From positions 1 through 64,000 of the forward strand of contig OZ223236.1 of NCBI GenBank assembly GCA_965140445.1: 64,000 nucleotides of DNA, written 5' to 3'. Below are positions 50,887 to 60,976 of this stretch, piece after piece. Position 1 is the first letter of the stretch; every line of letters starts with the position of its first letter. Made by a program: the position numbers and the translations under genes. The DNA is from Candidatus Ozemobacteraceae bacterium (GTDB taxonomy: Bacteria > Muiribacteriota > Ozemobacteria > Ozemobacterales > Ozemobacteraceae). The notes under the pieces were generated by a model. That model worked only from the letters and a program-made list of their open reading frames with translations, ran no database searches and had not been told where the DNA came from.

Positions 50887-53716
50887 AAACAAAGCAAAAA
50901 AATTTATTTTTGTGGTTTATGTGGCAATAGCAATTATTACAAGTCTAATTGTGGCATTAAACATTTCCAAGCAATATGAAAACTTTGTTCGCACTGAAAA
51001 TGAAAGATTCTGTGACAATATAAGGCTCATTTTTCCTATTCTGCAAAAAAAACTTAAACCTGAAATCCTGGCAAAAGAAAATGTGCTTCAAATATTGAAT
51101 AATGCTTTGCAAATCCCTGACAAGCAGGTAATTTCAGAACTTAACGCTGAGTTTGGGAAAGAAATAAGAACCCTCGTTTTAAACAAAAATTTTGTTGAAA
51201 CACAATCACAGAATCTGGCCTCAGACACCAAAAACACATTAACAAAAATTCTAAAAGACTCTAATGTGGATAAATCAGATACGCGCTATTTCGGCTCAAG
51301 TGAAGTAAATATAAAAATTGCCAGGGTTTTTGAAAACACACTGGCAGTAGACGATCTGGTCAATTTTTTAAATGTTTTCCCGGGAGAGTTTTCTCAAAAA
51401 GAAGGCTTAATTGCGCTTGGTACAATTTTTCCTAAAAATACCGAAAAGAACTTAATCAACACTTTTAGCTTTTTAAAAAACCCACTGGATTTAACCAGGA
51501 CAAACCATAAAAGCCTTTTTCTTTTCATCCCGACCGAATCTTTTCATAAGAAAAGTTGGATAGACTCCGCCATAAAAAAAATAGGATTTCTAAAAAACCT
51601 CGATCTTGAACTTCTTTCAAACCATACTGAATGGGAAGACTTCCCCCAAAAAAAGTTGCTTGAATTAGAAAATCAGATAAAAAACCAGAATTTTGGAATT
51701 ATAAAAGATAGTAATAAGATTTATTGTTTTATAAAAGTTTTGAACAAGACTTTAAGGAAAATGAATCTCAACTTTGGAGTTTTTTCACTAGATCTCCCCG
51801 CTAAGCCAAAAGCAACCTCAAAATTGATTCTAGCATTCTTTATTTTCGGAGCAGGCCCTATTCTATCAATTTGCATCTGGTTGTATATCTTTAAACCAAC
51901 CTACTGGAAAACCACGATGCTTAAGAGATTTGTCATCTTAACTTTTCTTGCCTCCTTGCTGCCTATTGCTGGCCTAATACACCTTGCAAACTCCAAATCA
52001 ATTTATCAGGAAACAGAGTTTGATATTCAAAATGCAAAAAAGAACTCAGAAAGGCTCGATGAGCTCGAAGATAGTGATAAAGCTTTTTTAAGCGAAATGC
52101 TTCTAGAGATAAAGCTTTTTCACGAAAAGTGCGAAAAGATGGAGCCTTTTGATTTGAAAAAAGCTCTTAAATACTCGGAAATACTTGGGAAATATGGGAT
52201 AACCCATCTATTTGTAACAGAACCAGGAGGAGACATTAAATTTCTACAGCCCGGGTTTCAACTTGTAGGAAGCAAAAACAAGAGGCGATATTCCATAGAA
52301 ATTATTTCAATGCTCCTACACCATATGCATAAAACCCTTAAAATGTCTTCCAATAAACCAGAAGAACCAAACCAATTGAGAATTGGCTTAATGATAGATT
52401 CTTTTGCTGAATTATTGGGGCAAAAAAAAATCCACAATATCGCCTTTACCAGAGACGTGCTAATCCCGTTTCGTATGCCACATGGCTCAGCATGGGCATT
52501 TTCTCATTTTCAGCGTAATCCAAACGGGGCAACCGCAAGACACTTTTTTTATGTTATGGACAGAGCAATGCTTCAAAGAAACCAGGTAACCCAAAGACTT
52601 GAAAAATATCACCAAAACAACGCCAAAATTCCCCCCTTACTCTTTTATGGCAGAAACTATTCGGTCACCCCGACACTTACTCCAACAAGCTATGAAACCA
52701 TGGGGAAAATTCAAACGATTCACCAGGAGATTGAGGAGACCGAAACCGAAAAAGATCTTAAAATATGGATAAATAATTCTCCCATATATTTATCTGGAAG
52801 AAATCTAAAAAACTCTGATTGGAGCGCAATTTCAACCATGCCAATTAGAGCACGCAACAAAGTGACATTTTCTGAAATGATTTACGCCATAACCGTTCTC
52901 TATCCAATTTTGATAATACTCATAACATCTCTACTGTTTTCTGAGTTTTTCGCAAAGCCCATGGAAAAAATGAAAGAAGCTGTTAAAATGATCACATCAG
53001 GCAACTATGACACTAAAATAGAAGTCACATCAAATGACGAAATAGGAGAGCTTGCAAAAAGCTTTAACGAAATGGCTCAAGGCCTTAGAGAAAAGGAATT
53101 TCTAAGCCGATTTTTATCTAACACCGCCAAATCAGCAATTAGTGAAGGGGCGCTTGCTCAAGCAACCAAGATTCACGGTACAGTTCTTTTTGTTGATATT
53201 AGAAACTTTACAACAATCTCGGAAAAACACACAGCAGAAGAAGTAGTAAAAATGCTAAATTCCTATATTACAGAAATGGAAAAGGTTATTGAGGCAAACT
53301 CAGGAAGCATAGAAAAGTTTATTGGAGACGCCATCATGGCCGTTTTCCTTCCTGAACATGGCCAACTTCATCCAGCAATAAGAGCAACAAAAACAGCAAT
53401 CAACATGAGGGAAAAATTAAAAGATTACAACTCTGAAAGAAAAACCAACAAAGAATTTGAAATAGATATTGGAGCAGGAATCTCGACCGGCGAACTTCTC
53501 ATGGGGAATCTAGGCAGCAAATCCGGAAGAAAAGACTTTACCATTACTGGTATTACTGTTAATAAGGCTGCTAGCATGGAAAAACTAAGTAAAAACGCAA
53601 AAAGCAAAATTGTTCTTTGCTCAGAATCAGCAAGATTCAATCAAGAAACGGAAATAAAATTAGCAAAATTTCCTGCAGTCTCGTCAGAAAATATAGTCTG
53701 GCAAGTAATATGCTAA
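50879..53716 (+). CDS. 4-TM HAMP class III nucleotidyl cyclase, type B (catalytic Arg replaced by Ser)
   Basis: HAMP (KPMEKM...DEIGELAKSFN); LFVDIRNFT, IEKFIGD, DFTITGITVNKAASME. Confidence 0.9.
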   Translation: MVKNKAKKFIFVVYVAIAIITSLIVALNISKQYENFVRTENERFCDNIRLIFPILQKKLKPEILAKENVLQILNNALQIPDKQVISELNAEFGKEIRTLVLNKNFVETQSQNLASDTKNTLTKILKDSNVDKSDTRYFGSSEVNIKIARVFENTLAVDDLVNFLNVFPGEFSQKEGLIALGTIFPKNTEKNLINTFSFLKNPLDLTRTNHKSLFLFIPTESFHKKSWIDSAIKKIGFLKNLDLELLSNHTEWEDFPQKKLLELENQIKNQNFGIIKDSNKIYCFIKVLNKTLRKMNLNFGVFSLDLPAKPKATSKLILAFFIFGAGPILSICIWLYIFKPTYWKTTMLKRFVILTFLASLLPIAGLIHLANSKSIYQETEFDIQNAKKNSERLDELEDSDKAFLSEMLLEIKLFHEKCEKMEPFDLKKALKYSEILGKYGITHLFVTEPGGDIKFLQPGFQLVGSKNKRRYSIEIISMLLHHMHKTLKMSSNKPEEPNQLRIGLMIDSFAELLGQKKIHNIAFTRDVLIPFRMPHGSAWAFSHFQRNPNGATARHFFYVMDRAMLQRNQVTQRLEKYHQNNAKIPPLLFYGRNYSVTPTLTPTSYETMGKIQTIHQEIEETETEKDLKIWINNSPIYLSGRNLKNSDWSAISTMPIRARNKVTFSEMIYAITVLYPILIILITSLLFSEFFAKPMEKMKEAVKMITSGNYDTKIEVTSNDEIGELAKSFNEMAQGLREKEFLSRFLSNTAKSAISEGALAQATKIHGTVLFVDIRNFTTISEKHTAEEVVKMLNSYITEMEKVIEANSGSIEKFIGDAIMAVFLPEHGQLHPAIRATKTAINMREKLKDYNSERKTNKEFEIDIGAGISTGELLMGNLGSKSGRKDFTITGITVNKAASMEKLSKNAKSKIVLCSESARFNQETEIKLAKFPAVSSENIVWQVIC

Positions 53717-53738
53717 CCAATAACAGAAAACACAAACT

Positions 53739-56537
53739 ATGAAAAAAGAACCAGGAAAATCAGCAACAAAAATAAAGTTTTTCTGGCTAACTATTGGTTT
53801 TTTGTTGGCATCATTTCTAACTGCCGAAATTTTCAATAGATACTTGATGGTTTATGAAAAAGAGCTCCGAAAATCTAATCTGCAGGAAAACATAGGCAAG
53901 AGCAGACTACTTATGGCGGAATTAGAGCAAAACCTGGATATGCATTCCGTATTGGATGACTCTTTACAGAAAAATTTCAATTCCATGGAAAAAGAACTAT
54001 CAAAAAGTAATCTGACCCCCCAAACAGCTAAAGCCATGGAGTCTATTTTTTATTCCATTTACCCAAAAAGCTCAAAATTGATTTGGTTTTCGCCAAAATT
54101 TAAAAATATCAAACCAACAGGACTCAGAGAAACGTCAAAGAAGCGCGCATGGCAAGCTTTGATTAAGTGCATATTTAAGCCCAAAACATCCTCAAAACTC
54201 GACTACAAAATTTCTGATGGCTTTGTAAAAACAACCATGAGTGATTTTTTAGACTCAACATTCTTTAATCAGTCAAAATACCAAAACCTTGAAATTTTGT
54301 ACGAAGGCAAACGTCATTACTTCTGTATCCATAAACTACGGCCAGATAAAATAATGAAAGGCTTTCTTATAGCTTTAATTCCATTGGATATAGCAAAACC
54401 AAACTGGCTTGAAGAAAGAGCATTATTGATTGCACGCAGAAATGGCATTGTTGCTGGCGCATATAATATAAGCCAGGATATTTGTATAAAAAACTCACAA
54501 ATAGGCGTTAACTTTCTTCATGGTCTTAAAACTGAATTTTCACAGCAAAATCAAACCTTTGAAATGCCTGGCAGCTTTTATTACTTTGACTACAGCGCGA
54601 ATATTCCAGAGCTATTTTTGGCGATTTCTTTTAAACCTGTTTTCAATTCATTTCTTCAAAATCCCGAAAAAATAAAGACAATCCGCAGTTTTCTACACTT
54701 TATTTTCGTTGGGTTTGCTTTTTTGGCGGTTTTACTTGGCAACTTGAAGCCCATGTTTGATCTATCACTGTCCACCAGATTTAAAATATCCAGTTTAGCT
54801 TTGACTGCAATTCCTCTTGCAGCAATAACGATAATGGGATTAATGCAACTCGTTCAAATGAAAATGGAGTACAAACAAAAGCAATTAAATAAGCTGGAAA
54901 GCGCCATTTTGCGCTTTGAAGATAAATTAGCAGATCAAACCGCCTTGCTCGAAACCCAGTTACGAAATGCCAACCTAAATAACGCCCAAACAGAGCCTCA
55001 AATGATTAAAGAACTTTCCAGGCTTTTCAATGGTTTAAAACCACTCGGCTGTGAAGTCGCTGCAATATTCACTAGAAATGGGAATATCCACCATTTTACC
55101 ATTCTTGATCAAAAGGTATGTAATTCAAGGATTTCTTATCTCCTGGGATTTTTCAGGAGTCAACTTGCAAGTGATGGATTTGACATACAAACTCTTGAAG
55201 CAAAAGCGCCTTTAAGCCTCCCAGGTAAGTTTGAAAAATTCAAATTGCTACCAAAATACGATCATAAATTCAGTGGAAAATTTAACTTCATGGAGTTTGG
55301 TAATTTCAAAGCCAAAGTATTTTCTAATTACGTTAGTCCAACAACCAGTCCAGAAAAAAAGATAGCCTGTCTAATCCTTGGCTTTGAGAAACAAGTTATG
55401 GATCAATATTTACTGAGAAAACTACTCTATTTAAATAAACAATTTGATGGAACCGTTTTCTTGTCTTCAAAAAGCCCATTAGGTTTAAAATTTCTCCCCA
55501 AGAACCAAGATTTAAAAAAAATGTTAGCAGCCATCAATCTTACTGGAGGAGAATTTACCAAAAATTTCAAACTAAAAAAACAAGCCTACCTGGCTCTGGG
55601 AAAACCACTCCCAGGACTAGAAACAGCAGCACTAGCCGTAATAAAATTCAAAAATCAGAATACCAGATGGTACATAGTGTTTCTTTTTCTATTAGTTGCC
55701 ATAAGTCTTATTAACTCTCAGTCAATTTACAATCTTCTGGTTTTTACTTTTCTGCTTCCAATAAAAAAATTAAGTGCTGCGGTACAGAATGTTACAAGCG
55801 GAAACTACTCAGAAATTGAAACGAAACCCGAAATTGATGAGTTGGCACTTCTGAATAACGACCTTAAAAAATTGGCTCAAGGCTTAAAAGAAAAATCCGA
55901 AATGCAAAATTATCTCAGTGAAAACTTATTGGAAAGCTCTGCTAAAAATACAGAAATAAAAGTTGAAAGAAAGAATGCGGTGGTTTTGTTTGCGGGAATA
56001 AGAAATTTCTCCAAAATTGAAAAAGATTCAACTCCAGAAGTTGCCATGGAAATAATGAATTTCTTCCTCTCCTCCTGCGAAAGAAATATCAGGAAAAATT
56101 CTGGAGAAATAGACAAATACATCGGAGATACAGCAATGGCTGTATTCTACGATAAAGAAAACAGCACAAAAGAACAAAACGCTCTACAGGCTGCTATTGA
56201 TATCAAAAATGAATTAAATGAATCGATAAAATCATCTCCAGATTTTCCACAAAATTTTGACTTTGGAATAGGTCTGGCTGGAGGCAGCTTAATTGCCGGT
56301 CATATAGGTTCTTTAAGAAAAAGACTCGACTACACGATTATTGGCGATGTTGTAAATCTCGCGGCCAGACTTGAGAAACTAGCCGGAAACAATCGAAAAG
56401 CATTTATCCTGGCCGAACAAAGTCTTGCTGAAAAATACAATAAGATTTTCAAACAAATAAAAATAGAACTACCACCGATTAAGGGAAAAACAGAAAAAGT
56501 CTCTGCAGTAGCAGTTTTGGATAAAATTAAATCATGA
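53739..56537 (+). CDS. 4-TM HAMP class III nucleotidyl cyclase, type A
   Basis: LFAGIRNF, IDKYIGD, DYTIIGDVVNLAARLE, IKGK. Confidence 0.9.
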   Translation: MKKEPGKSATKIKFFWLTIGFLLASFLTAEIFNRYLMVYEKELRKSNLQENIGKSRLLMAELEQNLDMHSVLDDSLQKNFNSMEKELSKSNLTPQTAKAMESIFYSIYPKSSKLIWFSPKFKNIKPTGLRETSKKRAWQALIKCIFKPKTSSKLDYKISDGFVKTTMSDFLDSTFFNQSKYQNLEILYEGKRHYFCIHKLRPDKIMKGFLIALIPLDIAKPNWLEERALLIARRNGIVAGAYNISQDICIKNSQIGVNFLHGLKTEFSQQNQTFEMPGSFYYFDYSANIPELFLAISFKPVFNSFLQNPEKIKTIRSFLHFIFVGFAFLAVLLGNLKPMFDLSLSTRFKISSLALTAIPLAAITIMGLMQLVQMKMEYKQKQLNKLESAILRFEDKLADQTALLETQLRNANLNNAQTEPQMIKELSRLFNGLKPLGCEVAAIFTRNGNIHHFTILDQKVCNSRISYLLGFFRSQLASDGFDIQTLEAKAPLSLPGKFEKFKLLPKYDHKFSGKFNFMEFGNFKAKVFSNYVSPTTSPEKKIACLILGFEKQVMDQYLLRKLLYLNKQFDGTVFLSSKSPLGLKFLPKNQDLKKMLAAINLTGGEFTKNFKLKKQAYLALGKPLPGLETAALAVIKFKNQNTRWYIVFLFLLVAISLINSQSIYNLLVFTFLLPIKKLSAAVQNVTSGNYSEIETKPEIDELALLNNDLKKLAQGLKEKSEMQNYLSENLLESSAKNTEIKVERKNAVVLFAGIRNFSKIEKDSTPEVAMEIMNFFLSSCERNIRKNSGEIDKYIGDTAMAVFYDKENSTKEQNALQAAIDIKNELNESIKSSPDFPQNFDFGIGLAGGSLIAGHIGSLRKRLDYTIIGDVVNLAARLEKLAGNNRKAFILAEQSLAEKYNKIFKQIKIELPPIKGKTEKVSAVAVLDKIKS

Positions 56538-59368
56538 CTAAATCTTCAAAAATGAACAAAATATCAAGCTTGATTCAAATATTCAGCCTGATTCTGATTT
56601 TGTTAATTGCTGCTAAACAAGAAAAAAATCAGTTTGAAAATAGCCTGATTTCTTTTGAAGAAGCTCTAAGATCAAATATTTCAATCCTTCAGGAAAAAAC
56701 AATACCATTCAATCTCGCAACGGAATTAATCTTCAATGAGCTTAACTCCGCTGAGATAATAGATTCCAGCAGCTCTGAGAAACTAGTAAATGAACTAAAT
56801 AAAAGATTCAATGGAAAAATAAAACTATTTCTTCTAGACCATAAATTTAAGCCTATTGAAAGCCTCAATCTAAACAAAAAAGAGTATTCAGACGTTTCCA
56901 GATTTATCAAAGAATACTGTTTATTGAATGAGCGTATTTTTCCTGCCGATAAAGCATTTTTTTCAGATTTTCTTGCAAAATATTTTAACAATTCGCCTGA
57001 TCGGCACAGCCTTCCAAACTTTATAAATTCATCCGAAGTTAGGTATATGGGTATTCCCGGGGTTTTCATTGTAGGTTCAATCATAGATCCCAAATATCAA
57101 AAAGAATTGAATCACACAATGTGTAACCTAAAAGAACCCAAAAAATTCAGACAAGCATTTAGAGGCGCAATCTTCGCATTTATCCCAACAAAAGAAATAC
57201 AGTCATCTGATTGGGTCTCAATTAATATTAACAGCAAAAAAAATGGCCCCCCGATATTTCTGGGCACACAGCGTGAAATCTTAAAAAATGAGAAACTTCC
57301 TGATGAACTTAAAAATAACTTTCTTAAGCTATCTGATGAAAAACAACAAGGAACTTTTATAGGTGAAAGCCTGGGCTTTACCTATTGCCAAACAGAACTT
57401 TCAAGTCAAGATGGAAAACCAGAATTTGCCATAAGAGCAATGAAAAAGCCTACCTATAAGATTTCAGGCAGACTTTTTCTTTTCGCAATAATGCTTATAA
57501 TTTCAGGCTTTTTTATAGTGAGAATTCAAAGTCTAAAAAAAACTCACGAGAAAGGCTGGAAACAAAGAATCTCCCGCAAATTTATTTTCCTGAGTCTTAT
57601 TTCATGCGTCCTTCCGCTATCTGGCTTCCTATATCAAACAATGGCCAGATTAGATACATTGGAAAAACAGCAGAAAAATAAAATTTACAGCCAACTTGAA
57701 TCAAAGTTCTCTTCTATAGAAAGCGAACAAAAAAACTCTATGAGTGATTATATTTTAAAAATTCAAACCTATCAAAACTACCTTAACAGTCTGAATCCCT
57801 TCTCTCAGGCAGAAGCCAGAAAAAAAATTCGTTCTTTAAAGGGGCTAATGCTCTCAAAGATTTACGTTTCCGAAAGAAATGGGAAAAATTTCTTTATAAG
57901 TAAGAATGATGATCTCGATGAAAAAGAATCAAACATAGGTAGAATGAACGCATTTGGAATAATACTTGATTACATTCATAAAAATTTAAAGTTCTCAAAG
58001 CATAAGGCAGGAAAAGAAAAAAAATTCAATAAATCAGACTTATATATTGAATCTGCTACTGACGCGCTCGGAAATGGGACTCTACTTCAACTTGCCGTAA
58101 AAAGAGATCTTTTATTGCCTTTTAAAATGATTCACGGGTCCGTATGGCTTTACTCACATTTTCAGGTGGATAAAACCGGAACCCCGCTGCGACATTTCCT
58201 TTACGTATTAAGAAGTGATCCTTTTCTCGTAAAAAAAATCGATAGGCTCCAGAAAAATGAAGCCCAATCAAATACATTCCCTAAAATGTTCTTCATGAGC
58301 AAACAATATGCAATAACCGAAGATATGGCTCCAACAGAACTAGAAACTCAACCCGCAATGATTCAGATGCTAAAATTTATTAACAGAGCCGGTGGCACAC
58401 AACGCAGAGAAATTAAAATCGGAAACAAAACATACTATTGCCTGGGCAGAGAATTGAAGGGACTAAACTGGATTGGTCTTGCTATGATGCCAAAAAATCC
58501 GGAAGGAAACTTCACTAAGATTGGTATTTTGCCCATCTTAACAGTCTTTCTCCCGGTCATGATAATTATCCTGATAGCATTTTATTTCAATATTATTTAC
58601 CTTACACCAGTACAGAAAATGCAACAGTCAGTGGAACAATTTACATTAGATAACTACACGCAAAAACTATTGGTAGAAAGCAATGATGAAATTGGAGAAT
58701 TGAGCAAAAGTTTTAATGAAATGGCGACTTCACTTAAAGAAAAAGAATTTCTAAGCCGTTTTCTATCAGATATAGCCAAAAGTGCAATTAGTGGAGAAAA
58801 TCAAACCAGAGCGACACGTATCAATGCCACAATACTTTTCTCGGATATCAGAGGTTTTACAACTCTGAGTGAACAAAATCCACCAGAGGTTATAGTGGAA
58901 ATGCTTAACAGCTATATGACCTCTATGGAAGAAGCTATTGAAGCAAATGGTGGAAACATAGAAAAGTTTATTGGAGATGCCATAATGGCAGTTTTTCTTC
59001 CTCGCCTTGGAGTTGAAAATCCTGCAGTTCGCGCATGCAAAGCTGCATTAGAGATGAACAAAAATCTCGCAGTGCTTAACCAAAAAAGAGCTCTAAACAA
59101 CCAGTTTCAGATAAATTCAGGGGTTGGCATATCAACAGGAACTGTTCTTATGGGAGTTCTGGGGAATCTGGAAGGAAGAAGAGACTACACTGTGACAGGG
59201 CCAGCAGTTAACGCCGCCGCGCAAATGGAAAAGTTAAGCAAATACGCAAATATCTCTAAAATAGTCGTATGCTCTTCCACAGCTACTAAATTGGCTAAAA
59301 AAGGCCTAAAAACCCAGTTTCTGGATTGCGAAGAAAATAAGCTTGGCGGAAAAGAATTGTTGATTTAA
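56534..59368 (+). CDS. 4-TM HAMP class III nucleotidyl cyclase, type B (catalytic Arg replaced by Gln)
   Basis: LFSDIRGFT, IEKFIGD, DYTVTGPAVNAAAQME. Confidence 0.9.
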   Translation: MTKSSKMNKISSLIQIFSLILILLIAAKQEKNQFENSLISFEEALRSNISILQEKTIPFNLATELIFNELNSAEIIDSSSSEKLVNELNKRFNGKIKLFLLDHKFKPIESLNLNKKEYSDVSRFIKEYCLLNERIFPADKAFFSDFLAKYFNNSPDRHSLPNFINSSEVRYMGIPGVFIVGSIIDPKYQKELNHTMCNLKEPKKFRQAFRGAIFAFIPTKEIQSSDWVSININSKKNGPPIFLGTQREILKNEKLPDELKNNFLKLSDEKQQGTFIGESLGFTYCQTELSSQDGKPEFAIRAMKKPTYKISGRLFLFAIMLIISGFFIVRIQSLKKTHEKGWKQRISRKFIFLSLISCVLPLSGFLYQTMARLDTLEKQQKNKIYSQLESKFSSIESEQKNSMSDYILKIQTYQNYLNSLNPFSQAEARKKIRSLKGLMLSKIYVSERNGKNFFISKNDDLDEKESNIGRMNAFGIILDYIHKNLKFSKHKAGKEKKFNKSDLYIESATDALGNGTLLQLAVKRDLLLPFKMIHGSVWLYSHFQVDKTGTPLRHFLYVLRSDPFLVKKIDRLQKNEAQSNTFPKMFFMSKQYAITEDMAPTELETQPAMIQMLKFINRAGGTQRREIKIGNKTYYCLGRELKGLNWIGLAMMPKNPEGNFTKIGILPILTVFLPVMIIILIAFYFNIIYLTPVQKMQQSVEQFTLDNYTQKLLVESNDEIGELSKSFNEMATSLKEKEFLSRFLSDIAKSAISGENQTRATRINATILFSDIRGFTTLSEQNPPEVIVEMLNSYMTSMEEAIEANGGNIEKFIGDAIMAVFLPRLGVENPAVRACKAALEMNKNLAVLNQKRALNNQFQINSGVGISTGTVLMGVLGNLEGRRDYTVTGPAVNAAAQMEKLSKYANISKIVVCSSTATKLAKKGLKTQFLDCEENKLGGKELLI

Positions 59369-59384
59369 ACTTCATTCATAAACT

Positions 59385-60374
59385 ATGAAATCTACACTCG
59401 ATTCAAAACAAGCTAAACAAAACGATGATTTGAATAACTCCTCCAACTTAAAAGCCCTTTTTTATCTAGGCTTTACTGTTTTAGCTTTTTCCTCTATTGA
59501 AATAATCGCCAATCCAATACGCCATATAATAGATCCAATGGCCATAACATTTTGGCGTTTTGCAATAGGCACAGCTTTTTTGCTTCCATTTTTGCTATTA
59601 AAAAAGCCTGGTTCAATAAAGAACACAAATCCGGTAGAGTTGCTAAAGCTTTGCCTGCTTGGGTGTTTAAACATCATTATCAGTATGGGAGCCCATGCTG
59701 TGTGCATAAAATTTTCAAAAGCTTCAACAGCAGCAATACTAATCGCAGCTAACCCCATTGCCACCAATTTTTTTTCCTGGATAATTTTAAAGGAAAAAAT
59801 GTCTTTAAAAAGAATTTTCTCTCTTTCCCTGGGAATGCTTGGAATAGCACTAATTGCTATTCGCCCTGACCCTGGAGCTGACACACTAACCGGAATAATT
59901 GCGGGGATTATTGGACTAACGGGATTTGGACTTTACACTGTTCTTTCTAAAAAGATGGTCCAAAATCATGGTAGCTTAAAAGTTACAGTTTTAAGCTGTA
60001 GCACGGCCTTGTTGATTTACCTTCCTTTATTGAAAATAATGGACAAAAAAATCATTCCCGACTTCCATCTTTGGCCATATTTAATTGGTCTAGGAGTGTT
60101 TGGTTCCGGACTTGGCTATGTCACTTTCTTTAAAGCACTTGAGCTTATGCCAGCGGGCCGAGCCAGCTATCTGTTCTTTTTTAAGCCTCCCGTTGCAGTT
60201 TTCTTAGCATGGCTAATTCTCGGAGAACAAATTAAATACCCGGCCTTAATAGGCACAGCGCTAATTATGAGCGGAATTTTCATGGAGATAAAAAAACTGG
60301 ACAAAGGGGTAAATTCAAATACACTCTCTGACCAGACAGAATCAGGAGTATCCCATGATAAAAGCCAAACTTAA
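59385..60374 (+). CDS. EamA/DMT family transporter
   Basis: About 10 TMs in two repeats; P.AITFWRF, ILKEK, LILGEQ. Confidence 0.9.
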   Translation: MKSTLDSKQAKQNDDLNNSSNLKALFYLGFTVLAFSSIEIIANPIRHIIDPMAITFWRFAIGTAFLLPFLLLKKPGSIKNTNPVELLKLCLLGCLNIIISMGAHAVCIKFSKASTAAILIAANPIATNFFSWIILKEKMSLKRIFSLSLGMLGIALIAIRPDPGADTLTGIIAGIIGLTGFGLYTVLSKKMVQNHGSLKVTVLSCSTALLIYLPLLKIMDKKIIPDFHLWPYLIGLGVFGSGLGYVTFFKALELMPAGRASYLFFFKPPVAVFLAWLILGEQIKYPALIGTALIMSGIFMEIKKLDKGVNSNTLSDQTESGVSHDKSQT

Positions 60375-60960
60375 ACTTGTAACCGTTCTTGTTTTGATGC
60401 TTAGCCTGACACTTGCTGCGCAAGCACAAACACAAGGCATACCTCCGATTCCGGAAACTGCTCAATACTACATAGACCTTGCAGATATATATGCCAGAGT
60501 CTTTCCTGAAAGCGCCGAGATAGAAGTAGTTGCGGCAATATGGCTAAGGTGCGATGGCGTAAACCCGGTAATAATGAAAATAGGCGGCAATCTAAAAAAC
60601 ATGAAAATTGAAGGTCGCACTCAACCAAATCTTAATTTTGTAATGTATAAGCCTTATATCCATTTTTACAACATGAATTATGGAAGTCATCAGGTCGTTT
60701 TCACTTATAGAGCAAAGCATGATGGAATTACCAGCAGCGGAACGATATCATTGGCCGGAGCACAACTTCCCCAGGAAAGCTATTGGTATCCCCGAAATGT
60801 TGCAGACGACCCGCACCAGGTTATATTAAACGTAGAAACCCCGCAAGGCTACCCGATGACAACAAATGGCGCTTTGGCAAAAGAAGCTCCAAACAATTTG
60901 TGGTGGCTTAGACAATTCATTTTATCCACAGCATCAGCATCAGGAATGGTTATTAACTAA
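60355..60960 (+). CDS. Exported hypothetical protein resembling the N-terminal beta-domain of M1 aminopeptidases
   Basis: Signal peptide (AQA-Q); ESYWYP...LNVETP.GY...TNG; AGGAG RBS; no HExxH motif. Confidence 0.6.
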   Translation: MIKAKLKLVTVLVLMLSLTLAAQAQTQGIPPIPETAQYYIDLADIYARVFPESAEIEVVAAIWLRCDGVNPVIMKIGGNLKNMKIEGRTQPNLNFVMYKPYIHFYNMNYGSHQVVFTYRAKHDGITSSGTISLAGAQLPQESYWYPRNVADDPHQVILNVETPQGYPMTTNGALAKEAPNNLWWLRQFILSTASASGMVIN

Positions 60961-60976
60961 TCACACCAACTTGTCT

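Noticed and set aside
48094..59368. Cyclases as decaying pseudogenes
   Set aside because: All four ORFs are intact and full length. The substitutions are position-specific, reciprocal and repeated in both pairs.
48094..59368. Guanylyl cyclase specificity
   Set aside because: The specificity positions are Lys and Thr (adenine-type, class IIIb-like), not Glu/Cys.
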